Source: an uncultured Pseudomonadota bacterium (lineage in GTDB: Bacteria; Pseudomonadota; Gammaproteobacteria; Burkholderiales; SG8-39). From it: a stretch of DNA of 64,000 bases. This document shows positions 29,595 through 40,934 of this stretch, piece after piece. A program made the position numbers and the translations under genes. The number at the start of each line of letters is the position of its first letter. Positions within the stretch are counted from its first letter, which is position 1. The notes under the pieces were generated by a model. It was given only the letters and a program-made list of their open reading frames with translations, did no database searches and was not told the origin of the DNA. The stretch is from contig CAIXPL010000037.1 in assembly GCA_903921325.1 (NCBI GenBank), positions 287,621-351,620 on the forward strand, written 5' to 3'.

Positions 29595-30707
29595 ATGTCT
29601 GGTAACCGCTTTGGCCACACCTTCACAGTGACCTCTGCTGGCGAGAGTCACGGGGCGGGCTATGTCGGCATTGTCGATGGCACACCGCCGGGGCTTGCCT
29701 TGAGCGCCGAGGACTTGCAACGCGAACTCGATCGACGGCGGCCAGGCACGTCACGTCACGTCACCCAGCGGCGCGAATCCGATACGGTCGAGATTCTCTC
29801 CGGTGTGTTTGACGGTCGTACAACCGGCACGGCCATCGGGTTTCTGATTCGTAATGAGGATCAGAAAAGCAAGGATTACGGCGATCTGGTCGATACGTTT
29901 CGGCCGGGCCATGCCGATTACGCGTATTGGCGCAAGTATGGTGTGCGTGATCATCGCGGCGGTGGGCGTGCGTCGGCACGTGAAACGGTGGTCCGGGTCG
30001 CTGCGGGTGCCATTGCCAAGAAGTGGTTGCTCGAACGTTACGCTATTCAGGTGCGCGGCCACATGACCCAGTTGGGGCCGATCGAGATCGGCTTTCGCGA
30101 TTGGAGCGAGGTAGGCAGCAATCCGTTTTTCGCCGCGGACAATCGCTGCGTGCCCCAGCTGGAAGCGTTCATGGATGAGTTGCGCCGCGACGGCGATTCC
30201 TGCGGTGCGCGAATTCGCGTGGTGGCGAGCGGCGTGCCAGCCGGTTGGGGCGAACCGGTCTATGGTCGCCTGGATGCGGATCTGGCCGCTGCAATGATGG
30301 GCATCAATGCGGTGAAGGGCGTCGAGATTGGCGCCGGATTTGCCAGTGTGACCCAGCGCGGCAGTGAGCATGGCGATGAAATGACGCCGCAAGGATTTGC
30401 TTCCAATCACGCCGGCGGCATGCTCGGGGGTATTTCCACCGGGCAGGAAGTTGTGGTTTCGATTGCGCTCAAACCGACCTCAAGCATACGCATTCCGCGA
30501 CGTTCGATTGATCGCGCCGGCCATCCGGTCGAGGTTGCCACGACCGGACGGCATGACCCCTGCGTCGGTATTCGCGCTGCGCCCGTGGCCGAAGCCATGA
30601 TGGCAATCGTGCTGATGGATCATGCCCTGCGCCAGCGTGCGCAAAATGCCGACGTGGTGTTGCCGATTGCAGCGATCCCGACTGCCATCGGGCCCACTTC
30701 GACCTGA
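29595..30707 (+). CDS. aroC: Chorismate synthase
   Basis: [20 protein letters not shown]..., [11 protein letters not shown]. Confidence 0.95.
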   Translation: MSGNRFGHTFTVTSAGESHGAGYVGIVDGTPPGLALSAEDLQRELDRRRPGTSRHVTQRRESDTVEILSGVFDGRTTGTAIGFLIRNEDQKSKDYGDLVDTFRPGHADYAYWRKYGVRDHRGGGRASARETVVRVAAGAIAKKWLLERYAIQVRGHMTQLGPIEIGFRDWSEVGSNPFFAADNRCVPQLEAFMDELRRDGDSCGARIRVVASGVPAGWGEPVYGRLDADLAAAMMGINAVKGVEIGAGFASVTQRGSEHGDEMTPQGFASNHAGGMLGGISTGQEVVVSIALKPTSSIRIPRRSIDRAGHPVEVATTGRHDPCVGIRAAPVAEAMMAIVLMDHALRQRAQNADVVLPIAAIPTAIGPTST

Positions 30708-30724
30708 GCGGATCGGCGCAGCGT

Positions 30725-31867
30725 TTGCCCGAGGCAACACGTGTTCCGGTGACGGTCCGCCTCGCGGCGGTCTATTTTGCGTACTTCGTCTATGTCGGCG
30801 CGGCCGGGCCCTATCTGTCCTTGTACCTCGCCGCACTGGGGCGCACGTCGGTGCAGATCGGCGCATTGCTCGCGGCGATGCAGTTCGCGCGTATTTTTGC
30901 TCCGTCGCTATGGGCCCATGAAGCCGAAATCAACCGGCGCCCGGTGCGCAGCCTGCGCCTCACCCTTGCCCTGGGCACGCTGATCCTTGCCTTGCTGCCG
31001 CTCACCGAATCGCTGTGGCTGATGGGCCTCGTGCTGTGCCTGCAGGCCTTGTGCGCCGGCGGTGCCATGCCATTGCTGGAAGGCTTGACCATTGCGCGGC
31101 TGAGCGAGCGGCCCGCGCAATACGGCCGGGTGCGCCTGTGGGGATCGGTTGGCTTTGTCTGCGCGGTAACCGCGGTCGGTGCCCAGCTCGACCTGTACGG
31201 TATCGGATCGTTGATTGCGACTCTGGTCGGAGCGCTGTTCATCGCACTTCTGGCCGCCGGCACGCTGGATGACCGCGATTCGGCGCCATCGGCTGGGCAC
31301 AGTCCGTGGCACGCCGTGCTGGCCCGAACTGAAGTGCGGCGTGTCCTTATTGCCTGTTTTCTGATGAACGTTGCCCATGGTCCGTTCTACGCGTTTTTTT
31401 CGATTCACCTGATCGGACTCGGATTCAGCAAGACGGCCGTGGGATTGCTGTGGTCGCTCGGTGTGCTCGCCGAGATCAGCGCATTCTGGCTGCAACCGCG
31501 CTGGGCCGGACGCTGGACCATGGAGCGAGTATTCGCATTCAGTCTTGCCTGCGCGGTTGTGCGCTTTGCCGCCATTGCGCTGATCGGTGCGAATCTGCCT
31601 GGGTTGCTGCTGGTTCAGTTGTTGCACGGGGCCACCTTCGGTACCTGGCACGTGTCGGCACTCGCCCTGTTGCAGCGTGATTGCCCCGAGCCCCTGCGCG
31701 GGCGTGCTCAGGCGCTCTACATGGGCGTGTCGTTCGGTGCAGGCGGCATGGTGGGTTCGCTGCTGGCCGGGGCACTGTGGGACCGCCATGGCGCATTGAC
31801 CTTCATGGCCGGCGCTCTGTTCGCCCTGGCCGGGCTGATGGTCTTCTGGCGCCGCTCCCGTCTATAA
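30725..31867 (+). CDS. MFS transporter (MFS_1-like / HcaT-like family)
   Basis: 380 aa with about 12 TM helices. The start codon is uncertain (TTG at 30725). Confidence 0.65.
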   Translation: MPEATRVPVTVRLAAVYFAYFVYVGAAGPYLSLYLAALGRTSVQIGALLAAMQFARIFAPSLWAHEAEINRRPVRSLRLTLALGTLILALLPLTESLWLMGLVLCLQALCAGGAMPLLEGLTIARLSERPAQYGRVRLWGSVGFVCAVTAVGAQLDLYGIGSLIATLVGALFIALLAAGTLDDRDSAPSAGHSPWHAVLARTEVRRVLIACFLMNVAHGPFYAFFSIHLIGLGFSKTAVGLLWSLGVLAEISAFWLQPRWAGRWTMERVFAFSLACAVVRFAAIALIGANLPGLLLVQLLHGATFGTWHVSALALLQRDCPEPLRGRAQALYMGVSFGAGGMVGSLLAGALWDRHGALTFMAGALFALAGLMVFWRRSRL

Positions 31868-31906
31868 TGTTAGACCACCGTCTGTAAATTCTATCGAACG
31901 GCGATC

Positions 31907-31928
31907 GAACCGGGATCAGCCCGGTTTT
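31907..31928 (+). terminator. Short terminator-like hairpin between the MFS gene and leuC
   Basis: GAACCGGG-atcag-CCCGGTTT followed by T. It lies only 17 nt before the leuC ATG. Confidence 0.4.
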
Positions 31929-31944
31929 GCCCTGGGACACCAAG

Positions 31945-33351
31945 ATGCTGCTAAAGACCTTGTACGACAAGCTATGGGATGACCACGTGGTGCATGCCGA
32001 GGATGATGGCACCACGCTGCTTTATATCGATCGCCAGTTGCTGCATGAGGTGACCAGCGCACAGGCCTTTGAGGGCTTGCGCATGGCCCAGCGCAAGCCA
32101 TGGCGCGTCGATGCCAATCTGGCGGTTGCCGATCACAATGTCCCGACCACCGATCGCTCGCAAGGGATCGATGATCCGGTATCGCGCCTGCAGATCGAGA
32201 CGCTCGACAGCAATTGCGTCGATACCGGCATCGTTGAATTTCGCATGAATGACCCGCGCCAGGGCATTGTGCATGTCATCGGACCGGAGCAGGGGGCAAC
32301 CCTGCCCGGGATGACTGTGGTCTGCGGCGATTCGCATACCAGCACGCACGGCGCCTTCGCCTGCCTCGCGTTTGGCATCGGCACCTCCGAGGTCGAGCAC
32401 GCGCTGGCCACACAGACACTGGTGGCACGCAAGTCGCGCAATATGCTGGTCATTGCCAAAGGGCAGCTCGGGCGTGGCGTTACCGCAAAAGACCTGGCCC
32501 TGGCTCTGATCGGACAGATCGGCACAGCGGGCGGCACCGGTTACACGATCGAATACGCCGGCAGCGCCATCGAGGCGCTGTCGATGGAAGGGCGCATGAC
32601 ACTGTGCAATATGTCGATCGAGGCCGGTGCGCGTGCCGGACTGGTGGCGGTCGATGACACCACGGTGCGCTACTTGCGCGGACGTCCGTTTAGCCCAGGG
32701 CCGGCGAACTGGAACCAGGCGGTCGATTACTGGCGCACACTGCGCAGCGACCCAGGTGCCAAATTTGACCGGGTGGTTGAGATCGATGCGAGTCAGGTGC
32801 GCCCGCAGGTCACCTGGGGCACCTCCCCCGAGATGGTGGTGCCGGTCGACGCGCGGGTACCGGACCCGGATCGCGAACGCGACCCGGTGCGTCGCGACGG
32901 GATGGAGCGGGCACTGAAGTACATGGGTCTTGAGCCCAACATGCCGATTGAATCGATCCGTGTGGACAAAGTGTTCATCGGTTCATGCACCAATTCACGA
33001 ATTGAAGACTTGCGTGCTGCTGCAGCCGTCGTCCGCGGACGACGCAAGGCTCAGAATGTCAAGCTGGTGCTGATCGTGCCGGGCAGCGGGCTGGTCAAGC
33101 GCCAGGCCGAGCAGGAAGGTCTCGACCGGATTTTCCGTGACGCCGGGTTTGAGTGGCGCGAGGCCGGATGCTCGATGTGCCTGGGCATGAATGCCGACCA
33201 TCTGGCCCCGGGTGAGCGATCGGCGTCAACGTCGAACCGCAATTTCGAAGGACGGCAGGGGGCGGGTGGGCGCACCCATCTGGTATCCCCCGAAATGGCC
33301 GCCGCGGCGGCAATCGAAGGTCATTTTGTGGACGTGCGTCGCTGGCGCTAG
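31945..33351 (+). CDS. leuC: 3-isopropylmalate dehydratase large subunit
   Basis: [16 protein letters not shown]..., [24 protein letters not shown]. Confidence 0.95.
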   Translation: MLLKTLYDKLWDDHVVHAEDDGTTLLYIDRQLLHEVTSAQAFEGLRMAQRKPWRVDANLAVADHNVPTTDRSQGIDDPVSRLQIETLDSNCVDTGIVEFRMNDPRQGIVHVIGPEQGATLPGMTVVCGDSHTSTHGAFACLAFGIGTSEVEHALATQTLVARKSRNMLVIAKGQLGRGVTAKDLALALIGQIGTAGGTGYTIEYAGSAIEALSMEGRMTLCNMSIEAGARAGLVAVDDTTVRYLRGRPFSPGPANWNQAVDYWRTLRSDPGAKFDRVVEIDASQVRPQVTWGTSPEMVVPVDARVPDPDRERDPVRRDGMERALKYMGLEPNMPIESIRVDKVFIGSCTNSRIEDLRAAAAVVRGRRKAQNVKLVLIVPGSGLVKRQAEQEGLDRIFRDAGFEWREAGCSMCLGMNADHLAPGERSASTSNRNFEGRQGAGGRTHLVSPEMAAAAAIEGHFVDVRRWR

Positions 33352-33438
33352 CGCACACAGTGTGGTGGGCGCGCTCGAACGGGCTGGCGTGAGAGGGGTT
33401 GACCTGGCTATCGCCAGACTCTGAACAACGGAGGGACC

Positions 33439-34086
33439 ATGGAAAAGTTTGTCATGCATCAGGGGTTGGTGGCGCCGCTTGACCGCGCCAATGTGGACAC
33501 CGATGCGATCATTCCGAAGCAGTTTTTGAAATCGATTCGGCGCAGCGGTTTTGGGCCCAACCTGTTTGATTCCTGGCGTTATCTCGATATCGGCGAGCCC
33601 GACAGCGATAACAGCCAGCGGCCGCTCAATCCGGATTTCATTCTGAATCAGCCGCGCTACAAGGGCGCGTCGATCCTTGTCGCGCGCAAGAATTTCGGTT
33701 GCGGATCAAGTCGCGAGCACGCACCGTGGGCGCTGGCCGATTACGGATTTCGTGCGGTCATTGCCCCGTCCTACGGCGAGATCTTCTACAACAATTCGCT
33801 GAAAAACGGCTTTCTTCCGGTCGTGTTGAGTGAATCGCAGATCGATCGTCTGTTTCACGATGTCCTGGCCTTCCCCGGTTACCGCCTCACCATCGATCTG
33901 CAGGCGCAGACGGTGGTGGTCGGCGATGGCACGGTATTTGAGTTTGAGTTCGATCCGCATCGCAAGTATTGCCTGCTGAACGGACTCGATGACATCGGAC
34001 TCACGCTGCGCCATGCGCAGCGCATTCGTGACTATGAAGAGCAGCGGCGTCGCCAGCAGCCTTGGCTGTTCGATGCCATTGCATGA
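33439..34086 (+). CDS. leuD: 3-isopropylmalate dehydratase small subunit
   Basis: 215 aa with [15 protein letters not shown]. Confidence 0.95.
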   Translation: MEKFVMHQGLVAPLDRANVDTDAIIPKQFLKSIRRSGFGPNLFDSWRYLDIGEPDSDNSQRPLNPDFILNQPRYKGASILVARKNFGCGSSREHAPWALADYGFRAVIAPSYGEIFYNNSLKNGFLPVVLSESQIDRLFHDVLAFPGYRLTIDLQAQTVVVGDGTVFEFEFDPHRKYCLLNGLDDIGLTLRHAQRIRDYEEQRRRQQPWLFDAIA

Positions 34087-34105
34087 ACGGGTAGTGGAGA
34101 AGCAG

Positions 34106-35164
34106 ATGAAAGTTGCAGTGCTTGCCGGTGATGGTATCGGGCCTGAGATCATGGTTCAGGCACAACGTGTGCTCAGTCAGGTTCGCCCCGACATCGAATT
34201 GACCAGTGCCCCGGTGGGCGGGGCAGGCTATGAAGCGGCTGGTGACCCGCTGCCGGCGGCAACGCTGGCGCTGGCGCGTGAATCCGATGCGATCCTGTTT
34301 GGCGCGGTCGGTCATCCCAGGTACGACACCCTGGAGCGTGCCCTGCGGCCCGAACAGGGGCTGCTGCGTCTGCGCAAGGAGTTGGGCCTGTTTGCCAATC
34401 TGCGCCCGGCCACGCTGTTTGACGAACTGGCCGGTGCCTCGACCTTGCGTCCTGAGGTGGTCGCGGGTATGGACATCCTGATCGTGCGTGAACTGACCGG
34501 GGACATCTATTTCGGCCAGCCGCGCGGCCAGCGTGTCAACGAACAGGGCGAGCGCGAAGGCTTCAACACCATGCGCTACAGCGAATCCGAGATTCGCCGT
34601 ATCGCCCGGGTTGGATTTGAAGCAGCGCGCAAGCGTTCGCGACGTTTGTGCTCGGTGGACAAGGCCAATGTGCTCGAGACCACCGAGTTGTGGCGGCAGG
34701 TGGTCACCGAGCTGGGGGCGCAATATCCCGATGTGGCCTTGTCACATATGTATGTCGACAACGCCGCCATGCAATTGCTGCGCAATCCACGCCAGTTTGA
34801 TGTGATCGTTACTGGCAATTTGTTCGGCGACATCCTGTCTGACGAGGCCTCGATGCTCACCGGATCAATCGGCATGTTGCCCTCGGCCTCGCTCGATGCC
34901 AACGGCAAGGGCATGTACGAACCCATCCACGGATCGGCCCCCGACATCGCCGGGCAGGGTGTGGCCAATCCGCTTGCCGCCATGTTGTCGGCGGCGATGA
35001 TGTTGCGCTACAGCCTGGGCGATCCGGCCGGTGCTGACCGCATTGAGTCAGCGGTGCGTCGAGTGCTCGCGCAGGGGCTGCGCACGGCCGATATTCACGA
35101 GGCGGGCGCGACACGCATCGGTACCCAGGCGATGGGCGATGCCGTGGTGGCAGCCCTGTCATGA
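34106..35164 (+). CDS. leuB: 3-isopropylmalate dehydrogenase
   Basis: [15 protein letters not shown]..., [26 protein letters not shown]. The ATG at 34106 is preferred over the ORF-track start at 33989, which overlaps leuD. Confidence 0.95.
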   Translation: MKVAVLAGDGIGPEIMVQAQRVLSQVRPDIELTSAPVGGAGYEAAGDPLPAATLALARESDAILFGAVGHPRYDTLERALRPEQGLLRLRKELGLFANLRPATLFDELAGASTLRPEVVAGMDILIVRELTGDIYFGQPRGQRVNEQGEREGFNTMRYSESEIRRIARVGFEAARKRSRRLCSVDKANVLETTELWRQVVTELGAQYPDVALSHMYVDNAAMQLLRNPRQFDVIVTGNLFGDILSDEASMLTGSIGMLPSASLDANGKGMYEPIHGSAPDIAGQGVANPLAAMLSAAMMLRYSLGDPAGADRIESAVRRVLAQGLRTADIHEAGATRIGTQAMGDAVVAALS

Positions 35165-36270
35165 TGCGCACTGGCATCGTCGGATGGCGTGGCATGGTCG
35201 GCTCGGTGCTGCTTGAGCGGATGCAGGCCGAGGGTGATTTTGCGCTGATCGATCCGGTCTTTTTCAGCACATCGAGCGCTGGCCAGGCGGGCCCGAATGT
35301 GGGGCGCGGCGTCGAGCCGCTGTCCGATGCGAATGATATCGCGCAGTTGCGCGGCTGCGACATTGTGATCAGTTGTCAGGGCGGCGATTACACACAGTCG
35401 GTTCATCCGCGCCTGCGCGCCAGTGGCTGGCGCGGCTACTGGATCGATGCGGCCTCGACCTTGCGCATGAAAACCGATGCGGTCATCGTGCTCGACCCGG
35501 TGAATCGAGCGGTGATCGATAGCGCGGTGCAGCAAGGGTTGCGTGACTTCATTGGTGGAAACTGCACCGTGAGCCTCATGCTCATGGGCCTGCATGGCTT
35601 GTTCAAGGCCGGATTGGTCCAGTGGATGAGCGCCATGACCTATCAGGCGGCCTCCGGTGCGGGTGCCCAGAACATGCGCGAGTTGCTCGCGCAGATGGGA
35701 TATCTGCACTCAGCGGCCGCCGCGGGGCTGGCAGATCCTGCCGCCAGCATTCTTGACATCGATCGCCGCGTCGCCGCTGCCATGACCGGGCCTGGCTTGC
35801 CGCGGGAGCATTTCGGGCACCCGCTCGCCGGCAGTCTGCTGCCCTGGATCGATCGCGATATGGGCGATGGACAGTCGCGCGAGGAATGGAAAGGCGAGGC
35901 TGAAGGTAACAAGATTCTAGGACGTGCCAGCACACCGATCCCGATCGACGGTCTGTGCGTGCGGATCGGCGCCATGCGCTGTCACAGCCAGGCCCTGACC
36001 ATCAAGCTGGCACGAGATGTGCCACTTGATGAACTCGCGGGTATGATCCAGACTGCAAACCCTTGGGTGCAACTGATTCCCAATGAGCGTGAGGCCACAC
36101 TAACTGGACTGTCGCCGGCGGCGGTGACCGGTTCATTGAATGTGGCAGTGGGTCGGCTGCGCAAGCTGTCGATGGGACCGGATTACCTGGCAGCGTTTAC
36201 CGTGGGTGATCAGCTCCTGTGGGGCGCGGCCGAACCTTTGCGCCGCATGTTGCGTATTTTGCTGGACTGA
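35161..36270 (+). CDS. asd: Aspartate-semialdehyde dehydrogenase
   Basis: 369 aa with GWRGMVGSV and [15 protein letters not shown] overlap with leuB. Confidence 0.93.
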   Translation: MMRTGIVGWRGMVGSVLLERMQAEGDFALIDPVFFSTSSAGQAGPNVGRGVEPLSDANDIAQLRGCDIVISCQGGDYTQSVHPRLRASGWRGYWIDAASTLRMKTDAVIVLDPVNRAVIDSAVQQGLRDFIGGNCTVSLMLMGLHGLFKAGLVQWMSAMTYQAASGAGAQNMRELLAQMGYLHSAAAAGLADPAASILDIDRRVAAAMTGPGLPREHFGHPLAGSLLPWIDRDMGDGQSREEWKGEAEGNKILGRASTPIPIDGLCVRIGAMRCHSQALTIKLARDVPLDELAGMIQTANPWVQLIPNEREATLTGLSPAAVTGSLNVAVGRLRKLSMGPDYLAAFTVGDQLLWGAAEPLRRMLRILLD

Positions 36271-36283
36271 AAGAGAGGTACCT

Positions 36284-39200
36284 TTGAAAGCCAATCTTCG
36301 GTTTGGTCGGCGGGTGTTGCCGTTGGCAGTCTCCCTGGCGCTGGGTGTTGCCGGGGGCCTGCCATTGTCGCAATCAGCCTTGGCGGTGGGGCTAGGCCGT
36401 ATCACGGTCAGCTCGGGCCTGGGCGATCCCTTGCGCGCCGAGATTGAACTCGTTTCGTTGCAGCCAGGCGAAGCGGAAACGTTGCGGGCGCGAATTGCGG
36501 CGCCTGAGGCATTTCAACTGGCCGGCATTGACTATGCGCCGTGGATGAGTTCGGTACGCCTGGACGTGCGCCCGACGCCAGACGGGCGGCAAGTCATCGT
36601 GGTGAGTTCGTCGGTTGCGCTCAATGAGCCGGCAGTGGACCTGCTGGTCGAACTGGAATCCTCCGCAGGCCGCTTGGTGCGGCAGTTTGAGTTTTTCCTC
36701 GATCCGCCAAATTATCAGAGCGCAGACTCGGCATCGCGCATCAATCCGCCGGAGGCCGGCGGAAGTCGCCAGGCGCCCTCGGTGGCGAGCGGCAACGCAG
36801 CGGCAATCGATGCCCTGCAACCAGTGCAACCATCGCAACCGGTGCGACCACCACCTCCTCCCAGCCGCGCAGCAGCGCGCACGGTGCCGGGCGCAGCGAC
36901 CAAACAACCTGAAATGGTGTCGACCGGAGACTATGAGGTCAAATCAGGCGATACCCTGGGCAAGATTGCTGCGGCCTTGCGCCCTGAGACTGTGACGCTC
37001 GAACAGATGGTGGTTGCGCTCTATCGCAGCAACCAGGATGCCTTTATCAACGGCAATCTCAATCTGGTGCGTGCCGGGCGGGTGCTGCGCGTACCCGCGC
37101 CAGACGCCGCTGCCGCCATTGGTCAGGCCGAGGCACGACAGGTTCTCGCGACCCAGGGTCAAGCCTGGCTTGCCTACCGCAATGAGCTTGCGCGCGGTGC
37201 GGTGCAAAGCCCTGCGGTTGATAAGGATTCCGCGCAAAGCGCAAGCGGACAAGTCAGCACGACCGCAAAGCCACCCGCGCGTCAAGCCGGTGACCGGGTG
37301 CGCCTCGGGGCTGACGCCGGCAAGGGCACGGCGCCAGCCGGCGACGATGCGGCGGCACGCGCACGCGAGCTGAACAAGTTGAATGCCGACCTGGCCGCAG
37401 TCGAAAAGAACATTAAAGATCTGCAAAAGCTGCAGACTCTGAAGAGCGACACCCTGGCGCGCGCCGAAAAGGGTGCTGCTGAGAAGGGTGCTGCTGCCAA
37501 TTCCACAAAGCCCGCCGAGAAAGGCGCAGAAAAGGCACCCGCAGCGGCCACGCCATCGGCGACGGCCGCCGCCGGCGCAGCGATTCCCGGTAGCGCGGCT
37601 GCCAGTACAACGGCACCAAGCGCGGCAGCGCCAGGGACAACCGCCCCCGGCACTGCGGCGCCCGTTATTGCAGCCCCCGTCACGACGACTGCCAGCCCGG
37701 CGGTGCCACCGGCCGCACCCAAGGCCGCAGAGCGTGAGCAGCCTGACGCCGCCATGAGCAAGCCGGGTGCGCCCGCGACAACCGCGTCTGCGCCGCCCCC
37801 ACCCAAAGCAGCCGCACCCGCGCTGCCCACCCCGACGGTAACCAAGGTCGCACCGCCCCCGCCGGCGCCCCCGGAGTCTTCGTTCCTCGATGAGATGAGC
37901 GACTTTGTGAGCGAGAATGTGGCGGCCGTTGGAGGTGCGCTTGCCGCCCTCCTGCTGGGCGCCGGTTTCATGCAGTATCGTCGGCGCCGCAGCAGTCATA
38001 GCATGCAGATTCCCGACGAGGCCGATTTCAGCACCTCGGCGGCCGAGCCGCCTGCATCGACCGATGCCAACTCGATGTTCGGTGCCACGGGTGGGCGTAC
38101 GATTGACACCAGCACCTCGGCACAGGGCTTGCTCAGCCGTGGCGAGCTGAGTCAGGCGGCCATCGGCGTGATTGATACCGAAGAGGTGGATCCGGTTGCC
38201 GAAGCCGATGTGTACATGGCTTACGGTCGTGATGCACAAGCCGAGGAAATTCTTCGCGAGGCATTGCAAAAAGACCCCGGCCGACATGAAGTTCGCAGCA
38301 AACTGCTCGAGATTTATGCTGGTCGTGGCGATGTAAAGGCATTTGAGGCTGCCGCCGGCGCTCTCTATGTGGCGACCCAGGGCGAGGGGCCGGAATGGGA
38401 TCGTGCGGCCGCCCTCGGGGCGCAGCTTGACTCGTCGAATCCCATGTATGCGAGCGCGCAGTTTGCCGCACCCGCCGGACATCAACCGGCGCACGCGGCC
38501 TCCGATGCGATGGCACCCGATTCGATGGCGCAGAACTCGATCGAACCGAATTCGATGGAACCCCTGTCGATTGCGCCCAATTCGATCACCCCCGACGCGA
38601 TGGATTTTCCGGCCACCACGATTATGGGAAATCACGCGGGCGAGCTGACGCGCGGCCTGCAAGAGGCTGCCGACAGTGAGATGACGTTTGACCTTGATCT
38701 TGGGGATCGCCCTGAAGGTCAACACTCGGTGCTTGATCTCGACTTGTCCGGGTCGGCCTCGAATGACATGGATCTGGTCGTGGATTCGCCGAGCAAGGCT
38801 GCCAGCGCCGATGACAACCCATCGGTGTTGACCATACCAGTCACGCGACCGGTGCCGAGCACCCGGTCAGCCGATAAGAGTCCTGCGCCGGCCGCCGCAC
38901 CGGCTGCCCCCGCCAGGCCCGCCGCGTCAGGCGTCCCGCCGACCGAGCGTTTCCGTCCGCCCGGTGCCGCGCCAAGGCCTGCTATTCCGAAGACTGAAGG
39001 TCCGATACCGAAGACCGTCATCGCGGCATCGAGCACGCCCTCGCCGATACCGAAAACGATGGCGCCTGCGCCCAAGGCAGTGGCGCCGATACCGAAGACC
39101 TCGGCACCTGCAGCCAGGACTCCGACACTGCCTACCAAGCCGGCCTTTGATCCGAAACTCGATGAGCCGATCGGGGCGACTGCACCCTCATCGGTCATTG

Positions 39201-39457
39201 ACACCCGACCGGCGGCCGGGCATATCACATCGCTCGATTTTGGCTCTATCGATCTGTCGCTTGGACCCGCCAGTGTGTCGGGGCCGGTCGATCAGGATGC
39301 GCAATGGCAGGAGACTGCAACCAAGCTTGACCTCGCCAAGGTGTATCGCGAAATGGGGCATATGGACGATGCGCGTGAATTGCTCACCGAGGTCATCAAG
39401 GACGGCGATGCGGCACAGCAGGAGCAGGCACGCAAGTTGATGGAGTCGATCGGCTGA
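36284..39457 (+). CDS. fimV: FimV-like peptidoglycan-binding type IV pilus assembly/polar-hub protein
   Basis: A TTG at 36284 follows the RBS AAGAGAGG. Features in order: signal-like N-terminus, FimV N-domain (LGRITVSSGLGDPLRAEIEL), LysM (YEVKSGDTLGKIAAAL...VRAGRVLRVP), Ala/Pro-rich spacers, a TM helix (VAAVGGALAALLLGAGFMQY-RRRR), a TPR-like segment, and the C-terminal FimV motif (TKLDLAKVYREMGHMDDARELL). The ORF-track start at 36140 lies inside asd. Confidence 0.8.
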   Translation: MKANLRFGRRVLPLAVSLALGVAGGLPLSQSALAVGLGRITVSSGLGDPLRAEIELVSLQPGEAETLRARIAAPEAFQLAGIDYAPWMSSVRLDVRPTPDGRQVIVVSSSVALNEPAVDLLVELESSAGRLVRQFEFFLDPPNYQSADSASRINPPEAGGSRQAPSVASGNAAAIDALQPVQPSQPVRPPPPPSRAAARTVPGAATKQPEMVSTGDYEVKSGDTLGKIAAALRPETVTLEQMVVALYRSNQDAFINGNLNLVRAGRVLRVPAPDAAAAIGQAEARQVLATQGQAWLAYRNELARGAVQSPAVDKDSAQSASGQVSTTAKPPARQAGDRVRLGADAGKGTAPAGDDAAARARELNKLNADLAAVEKNIKDLQKLQTLKSDTLARAEKGAAEKGAAANSTKPAEKGAEKAPAAATPSATAAAGAAIPGSAAASTTAPSAAAPGTTAPGTAAPVIAAPVTTTASPAVPPAAPKAAEREQPDAAMSKPGAPATTASAPPPPKAAAPALPTPTVTKVAPPPPAPPESSFLDEMSDFVSENVAAVGGALAALLLGAGFMQYRRRRSSHSMQIPDEADFSTSAAEPPASTDANSMFGATGGRTIDTSTSAQGLLSRGELSQAAIGVIDTEEVDPVAEADVYMAYGRDAQAEEILREALQKDPGRHEVRSKLLEIYAGRGDVKAFEAAAGALYVATQGEGPEWDRAAALGAQLDSSNPMYASAQFAAPAGHQPAHAASDAMAPDSMAQNSIEPNSMEPLSIAPNSITPDAMDFPATTIMGNHAGELTRGLQEAADSEMTFDLDLGDRPEGQHSVLDLDLSGSASNDMDLVVDSPSKAASADDNPSVLTIPVTRPVPSTRSADKSPAPAAAPAAPARPAASGVPPTERFRPPGAAPRPAIPKTEGPIPKTVIAASSTPSPIPKTMAPAPKAVAPIPKTSAPAARTPTLPTKPAFDPKLDEPIGATAPSSVIDTRPAAGHITSLDFGSIDLSLGPASVSGPVDQDAQWQETATKLDLAKVYREMGHMDDARELLTEVIKDGDAAQQEQARKLMESIG

Positions 39458-39506
39458 GGCGCTTGAGCCATTCGTCAGCGCCACGCATTGAGTTGCAAGG
39501 TGTGTC

Positions 39507-40283
39507 GTGCGCGTCGCGCTGGGTGTGAGTTACCGGGGTACCCGTTTTCATGGCTGGCAGTCGCAACCATCGGGGCGGGGTATTCAGGATCACCTGCAGC
39601 AGGCGCTAGCCCGGGTGGCGGGGGGGGCGGTGACCGTCGTGGCAGCCGGCCGGACTGACACCGGTGTGCACGCGCAGGGGCAGGTGGTGCATTTCGATCC
39701 GTTTGTCGAGCGTCCGCTGACCGCCTGGGTCCGTGGCACCAACGCCTTTCTTGATCGCGACGTCGCTGTCAACTGGGCCGTGCCTGTCGGGCCGGACTTC
39801 CATGCCCGTCATAGCGCAACGTCGCGCAGCTATCAGTACTGGCTGTACAACGCGCCGGTGCGGCCATCGGTTCTGGATGGTCTCGTCGGTTGGATTCACA
39901 CGCCGCTTGAGATCGAGCGTATGCAGGACGCAGCGCGTGCGCTGACAGGCGAGCATGACTTTACGAGTTTTCGCTCAGCGCATTGCCAAGCCCGTTCGCC
40001 GGTGCGCGAGCTCACCCGATGCGATGTGGAATCACGGGGAAATTATGTGCGCTTTGCGCTCACGGCCAACGGCTTCCTGCATCATATGGTGCGCAACATC
40101 GTCGGCGCGCTGATTTATGTCGGGTCGGGCCGACTACCGGTGAGCGCAATGCTGGATCTGCTCGAAGCGCGTGACCGGCGTACGGCGCCGCCCACCTTCT
40201 CGCCTGACGGACTTTGTTTGACGCGGGTGGGTTACCCTGCGCCTATCGATCTCCCGCAACCTGATCCGCTACCCTGGCCATGA
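39507..40283 (+). CDS. truA: tRNA pseudouridine(38-40) synthase
   Basis: GTG start, YRGTRFHGWQSQ, and catalytic GRTDTGVHA. Confidence 0.93.
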   Translation: MRVALGVSYRGTRFHGWQSQPSGRGIQDHLQQALARVAGGAVTVVAAGRTDTGVHAQGQVVHFDPFVERPLTAWVRGTNAFLDRDVAVNWAVPVGPDFHARHSATSRSYQYWLYNAPVRPSVLDGLVGWIHTPLEIERMQDAARALTGEHDFTSFRSAHCQARSPVRELTRCDVESRGNYVRFALTANGFLHHMVRNIVGALIYVGSGRLPVSAMLDLLEARDRRTAPPTFSPDGLCLTRVGYPAPIDLPQPDPLPWP

Positions 40284-40921
40284 GAACTCGCGTCAAAATC
40301 TGCGGCATCACTCGTCCCGAACATGCTGTGGCGGCCGCAACCGCGGGCGCCGATGCGATTGGACTGGTATTTCATCGACCGAGCGAACGCTTTGTCGACA
40401 TCGAGCGCGCACGCGATATTGCCGCAGCGGTCGGGCCGCTGATCAGTCGAGTCGCGGTGTTTGTGAATCCTGCGCGCAGTACCGTGGAGGAATTGCTCGC
40501 GCGAGTACCGATCGAGCTGCTGCAATTCCACGGCGAGGAAGACGCGGCATTCTGCGGTTCGTTTGGCCGGCCCTGGATCAAGGCGGCGCGCGTGGCACCC
40601 GGGCTTGATTTGGTAGACTACCTGTCCGGATTCAATGATGCGGCAGGCTGGTTGTTCGATACCTGGCGCGGCGATGCCTACGGCGGGACCGGTGAGTCAT
40701 TCGACTGGTCAGTCATTCCTCGATCCATGCGGCGTCCGTTGATACTCTCCGGAGGCCTTACGATTGATACGGTGGGTGAGGCGATTGCGCGGGTGCGACC
40801 GTGGGCGATCGATGTATCGAGCGGCGTCGAGATCGCGAAGGGTGACAAAAGCCCGGCGTTGATTGAACAGTTTATGGAAACGGTGCGGCGGGCCGATGCC
40901 TGTCGCCAAGGCAGTGCGTAA
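40280..40921 (+). CDS. trpF: Phosphoribosylanthranilate isomerase
   Basis: 213 aa starting [14 protein letters not shown], in a trpF-trpB-trpA context. ATGA overlap with truA. Confidence 0.9.
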   Translation: MRTRVKICGITRPEHAVAAATAGADAIGLVFHRPSERFVDIERARDIAAAVGPLISRVAVFVNPARSTVEELLARVPIELLQFHGEEDAAFCGSFGRPWIKAARVAPGLDLVDYLSGFNDAAGWLFDTWRGDAYGGTGESFDWSVIPRSMRRPLILSGGLTIDTVGEAIARVRPWAIDVSSGVEIAKGDKSPALIEQFMETVRRADACRQGSA

Positions 40922-40934
40922 CAGGGAATTTGAC

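Noticed and set aside
31867-31945. Possible leucine attenuator upstream of leuC, consisting of a hairpin plus a T-run.
   Set aside because: No Leu-rich leader peptide ORF and no alternative antiterminator pairing are visible. It is more simply the terminator of the upstream MFS gene.
36944-38725. A 593-aa minus-strand ORF antisense to fimV, plus the 229-aa ORF at 37282-37971.
   Set aside because: It is the mirror frame of an Ala/Pro-rich GC-rich coding region. The Arg/Gly/Cys-rich translation has no recognisable domain, whereas the fimV frame carries LysM, TM, TPR and FimV C-terminal motifs.
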